Under the pieces are notes generated by a model. It did not search any database and was not told the origin of the DNA. It saw only the letters and a program-made list of their open reading frames with translations. 64,000 bases of DNA from Podarcis cretensis (taxonomy: Eukaryota), in assembly GCA_951804945.1 (NCBI GenBank), contig OX638156.1, positions 59,024,001 through 59,088,000 on the forward strand, written 5' to 3'. Positions 1-33,500 of this stretch are shown one piece after another; the stretch's first letter is position 1, and every line of letters starts with the position of its first letter. Position numbers and translations under genes: made by a program.

Positions 1-286
1 CAGAACTCCAAGTCAGTGTGGTTCAGACTCCACAATTTAATGACATGTCCCAGATTTCCTCCACCAAACCTAACCCAGCCCCCATAGGCAGAGGGACCAG
101 AAAACAGTTCTGACTCAAGGCCTTCTCTGGTTCTTTTTTCTTACTTGGGCAGTTTTGGCCAAGGATACCTAGGAACATAATACCATTAAAAACAGCCTAG
201 TCATAGAATTTCTGTTTCTGTCCCCCAGTTCTGAGCCTTGAAGTCTACTGAAAAACTATTATTTGGCAGACTATTCACTACTTATT

Positions 287-360
287 AGAAATAGGGAACA
301 GAGATCCAGTTCCCCAGAAAAGAAATAGGGAACAGAGATCAAGTTCCCCAGAAAAGAAAT
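287..360. repeat. 34-bp tandem duplication
   Basis: AGAAATAGGGAACAGAGATC(C/A)AGTTCCCCAGAAA twice plus a partial third copy. Confidence 0.9.
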
Positions 361-776
361 CATCCGCTTTCTGCTCTGTGTTCTTCATTGTCTTCAGGAA
401 AGGATGGAAATTAAATTCTGGATTTAAAATATGAAAACAAGTATATAACATAGGTTCAGGATGGAATCCTCCACCAAGGCAATTATAATTGGGAACACTA
501 CCAAATGCAGCCATGACTGAACTTTAGACTTACCTCAGGCCATTGAATTTTCAACAAACACTGCTTTCAAGGCACCTTATTTGGATGACCTCTTTAGGTC
601 CTCATCTGGAGACAGGACAAGATTTGCTCCAAGCTAACCTCCCTCCAAGACTATGGCTTCTTTATCTATTGGCAAAGGAACGATCAAGTTCCTTCCAGGA
701 GGCTCCAATGCCTTGAAGTAGTGTTCTTATCTTATGATATCTGAATAAAGTTTTTCAAGTTTCTATAATGAAAATA

Positions 777-945
777 CCGTATTTTTCTGTGTATAAGATG
801 CCCCCATGTATAAAACGCCCCCTATTCTGGGGGAACTCCAAATTAAGAAAACACCACTCAGCACTACCCGTGTATGAGACGAGACCCAATTTTAAACCTA
901 ATTTTTTGGTTAAAAAACCCTAATCTTATACAAGGAAAAATATGG
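777..945. mobile_element. Non-autonomous Tc1/mariner-superfamily MITE
   Basis: Terminal inverted repeats CCGTATTTTTCTGTGTATAAGA ... TCTTATACAAGGAAAAATATGG, preceded by TA. Confidence 0.75.
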
Positions 946-1194
946 TTCATGTGAATATATATTAAATGTCCCAAGAAAATTATTGTTGAATGCTTATGGG
1001 GATGAAATTTCACATACTTGTTAAGAATTCTATCATTCAAAGCATCTGATGAGTGAAAAGAACATTGTTATGTTTTACTGGTTCACCTGAATATGGATTG
1101 GATGCATTTTAACACACTTTCAAGATGGTGTGTAATAAAAAACCTGACCAAAAAATTTACAGCATCTCCTTGCAATGTAGGCTCATTTGATTAG

Positions 1195-21917
<20,723 letters not shown>

Positions 21918-24435
21918 CCCCAAACTCTGCACTTAAATTATAAACTGATTTTGAATTTATTCTTGAATTATTTTGTTGTAAATAACCAGTGTTGAGTGAG
22001 TGCATCAATAATTTAATGACCGAACATTTCAGTATTTGTTTAGAAGTGCAAACTGCTTTCAAAGACGTTTTGCATGTAATATTTCTTGAAGTTCATAAGT
22101 TTCTGAACTTGTATGTACTATCAAATACACAATTGTGTAAAAAAAAAAAAAAGGATTACAGCAAAAGGCATTATAATTTTGTTTGGGGGTTAATTTTTAA
22201 AAAATGCTTAGTAAGAGCTGTATATTTAATATATTTGTAGTGAACACAAAATTCTTTATGCGCATTATTGATTTAATTTGAATATAGTTTTACAGCCTCC
22301 TTGACACCTATAATTTACAGATCAAAACTCAGCAATAATTTGGGCAGCTAATGAATGTCATGAAAGCTGTAGAAACTACATCACCATCCATTGTTTTAAT
22401 TACCAGAAAATGCTCTAGTGTTGTGATGCACTGCTGATGTTTCCAATTCAGGTACAACTCTGTTTTAAAAGAAAAGTTTCCCATTCAGCCAATTAGATTG
22501 GCTACTTGTTACCTCAGCTGAGTTAGTTTAGGAAGTTTACATTGGTTTCTCTACTTGTTTTCATATTCTGCTTTGCTTTTTAAAGGCATCCTGTGTATGT
22601 TAATTTTGCAAGGGAAATTACCATTACCAGTTGCACTCTTGTAATAATAGTCACAAAAATCCCTTTCTTACTTTCTTCGACACCATGGATACCTTTTTAA
22701 TGTTAAGATTTTGCTCCTTCTACAGCCTTCATGTTGTTGAGGAGCTGTATCCACAAGCTGAAATAACTCAAAGTGCCACTTCAACACTGCATACTTCATG
22801 TTATAAGGATAAGGATTAGATCCTTGTGAAAATGGCTTGTTTGTTTTGTTTGTTTCTCTTTTGTGTATGTTTGTCATGTAAACTCCTGTAGTTACCAGTT
22901 AATAATGGTAAGAGGAAATGTAGTCATGTTTAAAAATACTCATATTTCTCTACAGGTTTGGATTTGACTATGTAGAATAATGTTACCCAAAATCAAAATT
23001 TAGGGTATCATCTATCTGTTAGTTGTAATAATGCTGAGTTGCCCAATAACTTAACTTTTAAAAAGCACTTTCAACAATGATGTGAGAAATGTGTTCCATG
23101 TAACCATGGTATGACAGTGCTTATAAAGCATCTGTTTGAATACAGATCCTTAGAACCTTGATGCATAAAATCAGATATGTAATAGGATTCCTTGTTCTGC
23201 TGAAGCTGCTATTACTCTGACATGGTAGAATCACAGATTCACACCATACAGTGGAACTGAGGTGAAAAGGTGTGAGCTTGTATTAATTTCACTTGTGGTC
23301 CAAGAATAGGCAAGTTGAGTGAATGGGTAAAAAAATACTGATGATATAGTCAGTGACAAATCTTTTCAAAAGGAAATAATTTAGTATTTTGATACAGTTC
23401 TGTTGCTTGCTTGTACAGTAAACAAGACTGTGTTGTTTTTTACCAAGATCTTTACCAATAAAAATAAAGTTTGTACATGCAAAATTATTAACCCCTTTGA
23501 CTAGAAAGCAGTATTACATGTAATTACAGTTATAAAAGTATCATTTGGATTGTGCTGGTTTACTGTATTTTCCCTCCCCGGAATAGTATGACTTGTTTGG
23601 CCCTTCAGTGTCTTAGCAATAGTCAAAACATGCCACAAGAAAAGGGGTAGCAATTATTCATCATGAAAGGATGTATTACATATTTAATATTTTGCCCTTT
23701 GTAATATAGCACTTTTATTTATCTTGTATGTATCCATGATATAGCCAAAGTTTTCCAAACACGGTTGTTGACTTAGTCAATGGAGTATTTCAACAATATC
23801 ACTTTGCACCATACCCCTACGTACCTCCCCCCAAAAGAAATCCTAAACATAATTTTTAATAAATTTATGAAATAAAGTATTTTCCTAATTATGGTCAAGT
23901 GAATTTTACTTACCATTCTAGTGATATCTCTCTGTAATAAGGAAATTTTACAGTTTCAATGTGTGACTGAAAGATTTGAATATGAAGTAAAGGTGTGTTT
24001 TTTTTAATCAGCATCAGCTGAAAGGTGAGAAATATGTAGCTCTGTCGGCTAAACAATATGCAAGTGTGACTGCATAAAGTCAAGGGTTGTAAAGGAGCCT
24101 TTATTAGAATTACATTAATACTGAAATTTCAGTACAAAAGATATCCAATATGGTGAAGAAGTGTATGTTGGTAGTGACTAAAAAGAAATTTAGCTCTTAT
24201 TGCCTTGTATTTCTATCCCTTGTTTCAGGCTTCATGATCCGTCTTAGTCCTGTTTTTCTTTTGGACATTTTGCAATATTTGCCAGTTGTGTTCTGTGTAG
24301 TCTGAATTTGCTTTCTTGTAGTTGAAAAAGCGTCTTAAAGTCATTTGTAATTTATTGAATTACTTTCTATGATGTTCTATAGAGCAAATGGAAGTTTAAT
24401 TATTTTTTATTAAACATATTCTTTGACAACCCATG
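21918..24435 (+). other. CHD9: CHD9 3'UTR (approximate end)
   Basis: AT-rich and repeat-free. Candidate poly(A) signals: AATAAA near 23457 and 23871, ATTAAA 24409-24414. Pumilio element TGTAAATA at 21977-21984. Confidence 0.6.
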
Positions 24436-25581
24436 ATGTTGGCCTCAATACATTAAAAATGCCTTTTAGTTATCACACAATGTAGTTAAGCTTGAGCAGA
24501 AAGTAAATAGTTGTTACAGCAATATCGGAGGAGCTAAACATCTGCGGTTATTCAGTATTTAAAGAATTTGTGGTTACAATTTTCTGCAATTCATATGAGC
24601 GGCTAATACTGAATGTGCGGGTAATATGAGCTGTCAAAATAGTTTTGTCTTGCCAGAGGTATTATATAGTAAGATTTTGTATTAAAACATCAAGAAATAC
24701 TTTAAACTAAAGGCTATAGTTTAGTGACCACGTGAATGCTGAATACTAGAAAATGTTCTGCATCCTGCACTTGTCTTGGCAATTAGTGGTGGAATGTGCT
24801 TCTTCCCAAAGGTTCATTCAGTTATACGTTATCATTAGAGTATAATTTGAAGAACATTGTAGGATTGATGCAATACACAACTGCACCTTGGCATTTGCCA
24901 GTTACCTGAAAATGCATAATCAAACTGATTTCATGGAACTAAAAGATGTGCATTAGGTCCAATCTGTGTTACGGCACATCATTAATTTTTGAACCTCATA
25001 AATTGGAGGACAGTGCTAGCTAATTTAAAATGATTCTTAGGTTTATATGATTAAAATATAATAAGAGTTAATCCAGCAGGTTGGGAATTGTTTGCATATA
25101 AATTTTCCACACTTTCATCTGCACTACATCAAATTGGTTTGGGGATTACCCTAAATTTCAGAAGCAACTTGGTGTAGGTGCAAAGAACTGTTATCAACTA
25201 AAAGTATAAGGCTGTATGGCTAGATGCTGCCTTGAGATCTTTGCAAACATACTGAGGCATCTAACCTAGACTCATGGCATGCATTTTTGTGATAACAGGG
25301 CGTGGAGTTCTTTCCTTCAGCCAACGCTGGTTTTGCTACAATACCATGTTAGAAATGTCATATGGACACTGCATACTCTCAAACTCTAGAATTAACTTTG
25401 TTTTGTTACCATATCTGATAGTGAATAATTTTATATAAAATATATTCTGCCATTTTCTATGGAAGTTATAAAAATACAAATTAAGCAGTGCAGTGAGGAA
25501 ATGGTTGTTGCTGACAGCCATTCTGTATCCTAACACCCATGGTAGATTACTTTTGGCTAGGGGGTGGGTGCAATGCAAAAA

Positions 25582-25875
25582 GAATCATATAACTGCAGTT
25601 GAAAGGGATCCTAGAGGTCATCTTCCAACCTCTTGCAATGCAGGAATCGCAGCCAAATTATCCCTGGCTGAGGTCATCCAGCAACTGTTTAAAAACCTCA
25701 AATGAAGGAGAATGACCATCTTCCATGGTAATCTGTTCCACTATTGAACAGCTCTTACCATCAGAAAGTTTTTTATAATGTTTAATCAGAATTTCCTTCC
25801 TTGCAATTTGAATCCTTCGGTTCAGCTCCTACCCTCTGGAGCTGCAGAAAATAAGCTTGCATCAGCCTTTCAGAT
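25582..25875 (-). mobile_element. Older CR1 3' fragment in the CHD9-RBL2 intergenic region
   Basis: Similar to 18397-18620 (shared CTACCCTCTGGAGC...AAGCTTGC segment). Confidence 0.75.
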
Positions 25876-26559
25876 ATTTACAAACCATGGATACAGTTGG
25901 TAGGCATGTGCTTATAGGAATTGTATAACATTTCTCATTTGTCTGAATGTAAACATGGCAAATACTTTTAAATTTATAAACAAGGGGTTTACTTGATTAT
26001 GGGCATGCTACAGATCAGAAAACAAGACAAGAAATGGAGTAAGCCTATACATGGCCCCTAAATTAACACTATGAGCCTAGTTCGAACTGTAAGTGGTTCT
26101 AGAGGGGGAGGTATTTCTTTCCAAATTTTAATTGCCACTTGGCTTCTTGCAGTCCACACCAGCATATAATACTTGAGGTATCTGGGCTGTTTTTCTATCC
26201 CATTCCCTTGAATCGCTGCTGCCACCCACCACACTACTACCTTTATCCATGATGGGCATCCGCACCATATTTTTTTAAAAAAACCAGGAATTGTGAAAAA
26301 GCAAACTACCGGTTTTATCCAGTCATTTTCTATATTTTTTACAGGGGACAAAATTGAGGCCTGTATCTTGCTGAGTGTGGGTGTGTCAATTTCGTTTTTT
26401 TAAAAGACCTCGCCGTGAAACTTAGAAAGAAAAAGCCTGATGTGATGTACTATGATTACAGTCCCCAACTAAACAGTTAGTGTCCAACGTGTAAGATCCT
26501 ATCATTTCTGAGACAGCTGGCGATCAGTGGTAATCGATTTATTTCCTTTGGTATTGATA

Positions 26560-27500
26560 TGGAGGAGGAAAATGACACATTACACGTTTCCCACTTCGCC
26601 CCGCCCCTCACTGAGGCTGACGCTTTATGGGAATTGTAGTTCCCAGAAGAAACGAACGCTCCCACTTCCGCTCCCCTCCCCGCCGCTCTTGACTTTTAAA
26701 TCTCTTGCGCAGACAGCAGCACGCTGATTGGCTTCGCGTGGGCGCGCCCTTGCCCAATGAGCAGAGCGGTGAGGGGCGGGGCCGTGGGGGGGGGGCTGAG
26801 GGAGACGAGGTGTTTAGATTCGAACGCCGCGGCTGTGGCGGCTGAGGGAAGGAGGGGTCCAGCTCGGCATCGGCCTCTCTCTTTCCACCCAACCTTCGCT
26901 TCAAACGCACGAAAACAACCCGCTGCGCAGGCGCAGTCCGCCCCTGTGCGCGAGCCGCGGCTCTCGAGTTCGCCGGCGTTGTTGCGCGCGACCCTCGCCG
27001 CCGCCTTCCGCTCTCCTCATCCTCTCCACGCCCGTCAGTGGCGATGCTGAGCGGAGACGAAGGAGAAGAGGAGGCAGCCGCGTCTGCCACTGCCTCCGCC
27101 GGAGGGGGCGCTCCTTCGCCGAGCCCCGTCGCCTCACCCCGAGCGACGACAGCGGCCGCAGAGGAAGCGGGGGCCGCCATAACCGACGCCCCCGTCCAAG
27201 AAGAAGGAGCAGCGGACGGCGATGAGGAGAAAAAGGACGACGACGAAGAGGAGGAGGAGGAAGCGGCGGCGGCGGCAGCAGCAGCTGAGGCGGAGCGAGA
27301 CACCCGGCAGCGCTACGAGGACCTGTGCAGCAGCCTCAACATGGACGAGCGCGCCCGAGCTGAGGCCTGGCTGAGCTACCAGAGCATGAGGAGGAATTAC
27401 ACCCTGGAGGTAGGGGGAGGGGCGGGGTGCTGCTTAGGGGGAGGGGCTTGTGTGAAAGGGGAGGGGCCTTTACGGAGGGGCGTGGTCACAAAGTAGAACT
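26560..27500 (+). promoter_or_regulatory. RBL2: RBL2 CpG-island promoter, 5'UTR and exon 1 island
   Basis: Sharp GC/CpG rise. GC boxes at 26598-26607 and 26773-26782; CCAAT boxes at 26727-26731 (reverse) and 26754-26758; ZNF143/THAP11-type TGGGAATTGTAGT at 26628-26640; NRF1-type TGCGCAGGCGCA at 26924-26935. Confidence 0.85.
27044..27409 (+). CDS. RBL2: RBL2 exon 1 (coding part)
   Basis: gcgATGctg...CTGGAG|gtaggg; RQRYEDLCSSLNMDERARAEAWLSYQSMRRNYTLE. Confidence 0.88.
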
Positions 27501-30500
27501 TCATCTTGGCAGCAGGGGGCGTTTTTTGAGCAGGAACTCTGGGGAACTGAGTTCCCTTACTTTTGTTAAATTAAATAATTTGGGGGTGGGGGGATAGAAC
27601 GGATATATACCCAATACCTGAGCCAAAAACCCACCTATATCTGCAGTCAGTTGTGACCATTTCCAGTCCAGATCAATGTCTGCTTGAGTTTGGCTTACAT
27701 TTAGCCACTACCCTGGGTGGGAGGTGGCATTGTGACTGGGCCCACAATAAACTAACTAGCTAACTTCCCCCACGTTTTTTTCCAAGAAAAAAATTACTGC
27801 TTGGCAGAAAGAGCTTTGGCAGTGGGCAGGGCTTGTGGTGGAGGGGATTGGCCTTGACTTTGTAGAGGGGCAGAGTCGTGAAGCAGAAGTAAATCTAGAT
27901 AGGATAATCTTAGACAGAGTTGTGGTAGAGGCAGTGAATTAGAAATAAACCTTGATTGGAGGGGCTTTGAGGGAAGGGGGTGTGTCCTTAGCTTGGGTAG
28001 TGGGGTGGAGACCATGAGGTAGAATTATATATCCCACCAGAAAGGGGCTTTGACAGAGGTAGAATTTACCCAATGGTGTGGACACTATGGTCCTCCAACT
28101 TTGATCAGATCCAGCCAAAATGGCAGATGATTAGGGATGGTGACATTTATAGCTCACCAGCATCTCAAGGGCTGCAGGTTGTCTATTCCTGTTCCATTTA
28201 CCACATGGCTGTATGCCTGCTGTAATAATTTACCAGTCAAAATAGTTGTCTGTAGGCAACCTCTTGGTTTTTAATTTCTAATCTTCTTTTCATCTCCATC
28301 CCAGTCTTATGTAACATACGTGAATGTGACACTTTTGTACCCTGTGTTAATTAATCCAGACGTTTTATTAATTGCTCTGTAGAATCAGAGTAAAGGACCC
28401 CTGGTTTTCAGGCCAAGAGAGTACTTCTCTGTAGAATGTGTATTTTGAAGTGGATTGAAAGGGATGTGAAAGTGTAGTAGTACAGCACTTGATACACTTG
28501 GAAACACACTTTAGGAATGATAAATGAAAACACACTTTAGGGATGATAAATGAAAACACATTTTCAGAATGATAAATTACATTAAGAAAATAAACAGAAA
28601 TTTAACTTTGAAGTTGTTATTTGCAGAACTGCTTTTGATAAATCTAATGCTTTCTCTGAAAAGATTATTACTTTTGGATATTATCAATTCATGCTTTTGA
28701 GAAATGTAATTAATTCAACAGTAGCCCTATATTTCCCACAACTGCTTTTATTTTAAAGTTCTATTCTCTGGTCTTTTCCTCACCTATATATCGTTACAAT
28801 GCTAGGCCGGATTTAAACCAGAACAACATGCAGCTGACACTGCTGACAGTGAGGGCTGTCTTTGCAAAACTAACAAGACCCTGTATACAAGAAATGTTGA
28901 AAAGGCTTTCTTTGTATTTTAAAATGTTTTGTTTATTTAAAGCATGTTTATTTTGGCCTTCAGCCAAAAACCAGACTCCCAGAATGGCTTATAACTATCA
29001 GTGATAGGATAGTACCTGTTAACAGGTTTACATTAAAAGAGACAACACAAAAGGGAAAGGGATTGGAAGGGAGAAGTGAAAGAGAAATCTCAAGCACTAT
29101 TACTTGGTTGAAGAATTACTGTAATGACCAGCAAAAATAGAAAGATTTAAAGGGAAGGAGGTGCCAAAAAAAAAAAAAATGCATTTCAGCACAGCTGATG
29201 GAGATACCCTGCAATCCTACCTCTCTCCCTCTACTGATGGAAAGGCTGCTCTTGCAAATATAGTCTTATATTTGCTTTAATCTCTGACTTTGCTAAATAT
29301 TTTCTGTGTCCAGTTGCCTCTTAGCAATTTCATTTCAGTGAATGCTACTTCTCTAATGTGGTTTGTTACTTCACACCCTCTGCTTTATAAGACTTTACTG
29401 ACATATAAGCTGGGATTCGAAATAACTGTGCAATAGGTTGTGTGTGCCCAAAGGGGATTTCAGCTTGTGTTTCTCCAATGCAGCTCCTCTGCCCCACACT
29501 GGGTGGCAAACTGTATTTTAAACTGAAGGAACTTCCAAGAGGCACATAGAGAATCCATATTATGCTAATAAGTATAAATAATTTTAAAAAGCTGGTTGTG
29601 TTACGGCCTTGATGCTTTCTGTTCAGAGAGTAGTTTAACATGTCATGATGTAGCTCTTTGAAACCTCATTCCACTCCCTGATCATTCATCTTATCTGTAG
29701 TTCAGGAGTGGCTAACATGTAGCGCTTCGAATGTTAGCACTCCAACTCTCAACAGCTCGAGTGAACATGGAGTGTAATCTAGCAACAGTTGGAGGGCATA
29801 GGTTAGCAACGCCTGCTGTAACAAAATAAAGCCTTTCTGTTTTAGACATATGAGTTAGAGAGGAGTCAACTTCTGCTTTTGCTTCTTTTAATGTAACAGG
29901 GAAATGATCTACATTGGCTAGCATGTTCTTTATACGTGGCTTGCAGAAAAGCTGTCCCAACAGTGAGCAGAGGAACCGTTGAAGGAAACTATGTATCTTT
30001 AATAAGAATATTGCGCTGCTCAGGACAAAGGTAACTTCTATTTTAACAAATCAGAAAGTTTTAGAATTGATACTAATGTGTGAATTGCTATAGTAAGAAA
30101 CTACTGAGACTATTATCATGACTTAGGCATGCTCTCTGGTCGTTAGCTGTATGGGGATCAGGGATAACCTTGCTAAATATAATATTTCAAGTGACTTTAA
30201 TCACTTTGACTTGTTAAAACTGCTCTTGCTGGTTTGACCCTTTGTAACAACAGTATGTTTATATTTATTTCCTGTCAGAGATATTTGTTTAACATTTATT
30301 TAAGTGCAGTATATCAACTAATAATACAAACATACATCAACAACTTAAATGTTGGCATGAATAATTTTTGTAATGAAAAAGTGATTCACTTCCATCAGCA
30401 TTGTTGTTTAGCACTGCTTGTCCAAAGTTCTGTTTTCTGTACCATTTCATACTTACGCTTGAGGTAAAAAGTTTTACAGCAGAGGAAAAAAGAGATATTA

Positions 30501-33500
30501 GTTAATTAGTTAATCAACATGACTAATTTAGGTCCATTAATTTCACTGTAGGACTAGAATGACATGCACATGGTCACATACATGAACATTGTTTTCTGAT
30601 CATGGATACTTAGATTAATTATAGACAGAAAGAGGGGGAATAATGGGGACACAGAACATGTGGGAGACCTGAGGAAGCATTCAAATCAAATTAGAGAGAT
30701 AGCTGAACAAAATATAGTCAGTGGCCCAAGTTGGCTTCACTTAATCTTTACCTAGGGGACAATACAAATCTGCATTTTAAGCATCTTATTTGCCATCTTT
30801 CATTAGCAGCCAAGCTAGTAACAACTAGGTATTGGAAATTCTTAGAGGATGTGACATTGACCACATGGCATAAAGAAGGCTGATAATAAGCTCTGAAAAT
30901 AACCAGTAAACTAAAAATAGCAAAGGGAATGAAATAGACACTTTTTCAGTGGACTGGCATGCTTTTATGATGTACAGTGTGAAAGAGGAAAGCATGGGAC
31001 CACCTCCATATTGTAAATAATTGATGTGGTAACTGTAATTGCCGTGCAAAAGCAATACAACAATTTAAGGGATGTGTAGTAAGATAAGACCTTTGGAGCA
31101 GGCATTTTTTAAAAAAGTTTTTTATGAACCGCCCTAGTAGGGCAGCAATTGTTCCTTGATAATTTGTCACCCCCCTCCATGATGGTACCTGGGGCGGGGG
31201 GGCCCCCTTTCCTACACCCCTGGATAAAAGACAATGGACTAGCTGCATGAGAAAAGGAAAGAGAGTTACTAAGTAAATGCAGGTGGAAGGACTGGCTCTC
31301 AGGTGAGACCTAATACTTAAGGCAGTCTGAGATCACTTATGCTTGCAAGTTAAGATATGTTCGTGCATTAGAATCAATGCTGCTTTTTCTTTGATGTGTG
31401 CTTTAGTTGTACAGTGGTGCCCCACAAGATGAATGCCTCGCAAGACGGAAAACCCGCTAGACGAAAGGGTTTTCCGTTTTGGAGGCGCTTCGCAAAACGA
31501 ATTTCCCTATGGGCTTGCTTCCAAAGACGAAAATGTCTTGCGAGTTCCTGCAGGGTTTTTTTCCTTTTTTCCCCCTTTTCCTAAGCCCTAAGCCGCTTAT
31601 CAGCTGATCTGCTAAAAGCCGCTAAACCGCTAATAGCGCTAATCCGCTAAGCTGTCAATGGGCTTGCTTCGCAAGACGAAAAAACCGCTATACGAAGAGC
31701 CTCATGGAACGGATTAATTTCGTCTTGTGAGGCACCACTGTAATTATTGCTTTTAAATCCTGCTAACTTGTCTCATCTATCACTGCTTTGTTCAGATGGT
31801 AGGAGGTACTCCAATGGACTCCAGGTGTACATGCCTTTAAATAGGGTAGTATGATCCCTGTTGGAGTCATATTATAAGATATCTCCCAAAAATTATACAA
31901 GCCTATGCCATATGAGGCAATATACTATTTCGCCAAGAAGCATTTTTATAGCAATTTCCCTTAAAGTAGCCTTAGAGCTATAGGATGTTGCATAGTCTGC
32001 CATAGGACTGGCTAAGAGGCAATCACAAAATATGTGACCACCATAATTGAAGAGAGGCTATAATAGAGTTGAAAATGGAAACATCACACATGTTTTATGG
32101 GGGTAACATTGAATAAATGTTGTTCTCCTTAGGAGGGGGCAGGGAACATTCAGAGGAATAGACAGCAGTGAAACACAGGTAGTAGTAGCTACTTCAGTTT
32201 TAAAATAGGAAAGAGGCTGTCCTTCGTTTTCCTAATTTATTATTAAAGCGTTTGAAAATTAAGATTCCTTGCATATTTTCTATTGTAGTCATGCAAAGTT
32301 ACATAAATCACAATCGGTTTTTAGAAAGATACTTCATAAGACTATATTTCTGATAATCTAAATGTCTTCAGTTTGATAGAATTTTTTAACAAGATGAAGA
32401 AATGGGAAGATATGGCAAATCTACCCTCCCAGTTCAGAGAACGTACCACAAGATTAGAAAGAAACTTTACAGTTTCTGCTGTAATTTTTAAGAAGTATGA
32501 ACCCATTTTTCAGGATATTTTCAAGTACCCTCAAGATGACCAACCACGCCAGCAGAGAGGAAGAAAACAAAGGTATGGATTTCTTATATTAATTAAGGTA
32601 TTAATACATTGTTGTTGTTTAAAAAACTAAGATTTGTATTCTGACCCCATTTAATTGGAAGTAAGTTGCGTGTTAGTTTCATTGTAACTTAAGTAAATAT
32701 GTTTAGTACCTTTTGTTAGCTAACTTCTTAGGAAATGCCCTCCCCAGTCCTTGCTTCACTCACCTGCACTAGTTCACCTGTCCCCTTTCTCTGTCCCCAC
32801 CATCAGTTACTCTCCTGCTTCTAAGTGTCTTTCCAGGCTTCTGACTGATGGGCAAAATTAGATGGCCATGCATACTCTCTGTAAGCTTGCCCTGTTTAAT
32901 GAAACAAAGAACTATGAGGACTGAGTGCTGCACAATCTCCCTCTTAGCCTGAAAGCTCCTGAGCTCTCAATCTAGAAGGAAAAGAATAAGGAAATCTATG
33001 TGTGCAGCATTCACAATACAGCCCTGAGTGTGTCTGACTTTTCTATAGGAGTGGTATATTTTTGAGATCCTTCATCGTATAAATGAAAATATAATAATTT
33101 GTTTCTTTTTATGGCGTCATTACTAAAAAGGAGACAGCCTTGCACAGTCTCTGAAGTTTTTCAGTTCTCGTGGGTGCTGTTTGTTTATGCAAAAGGTAAG
33201 AACTGATGTTTAATATTGTGTTCCATAGCCTTCATGATACTATCTTTTAAGAGGTGTGATGATAGCAATGCACCTTAATAATTGCTCCAAAGCTGTAGAA
33301 TGATCTTTCTTTCATAACTGCCTCCTTTTTCATTTGGATTTTGACTGGGTTAGCTAGTCTTCTGGTTTTCCCTTTAAAAAAAAAGTGTAATTAATATGGC
33401 CATGCTTCCCTTACATAGTTAGTGAGGGATGCTGTCCCTGTTTTGATGGTGTTGGTTTGTCTTTCTTTATTCTATATTTACCCCTACCCTCCTCACAAAG

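Noticed and set aside
26757-27050. 97-aa ORF overlapping the RBL2 start out of frame (possible uORF)
   Set aside because: Its ATG is part of the CCAAT box (CCAATGA) and probably lies upstream of the transcription start; not supportable without TSS data.
26608-27303. 231-aa minus-strand ORF over the RBL2 promoter and exon 1
   Set aside because: Antisense shadow of a GC-rich, triplet-repeat CpG island; low complexity and no recognisable domain.
28502-28577. Short direct repeats resembling a CRISPR array
   Set aside because: Eukaryotic intron, head-to-tail units with no spacers; an ordinary minisatellite.
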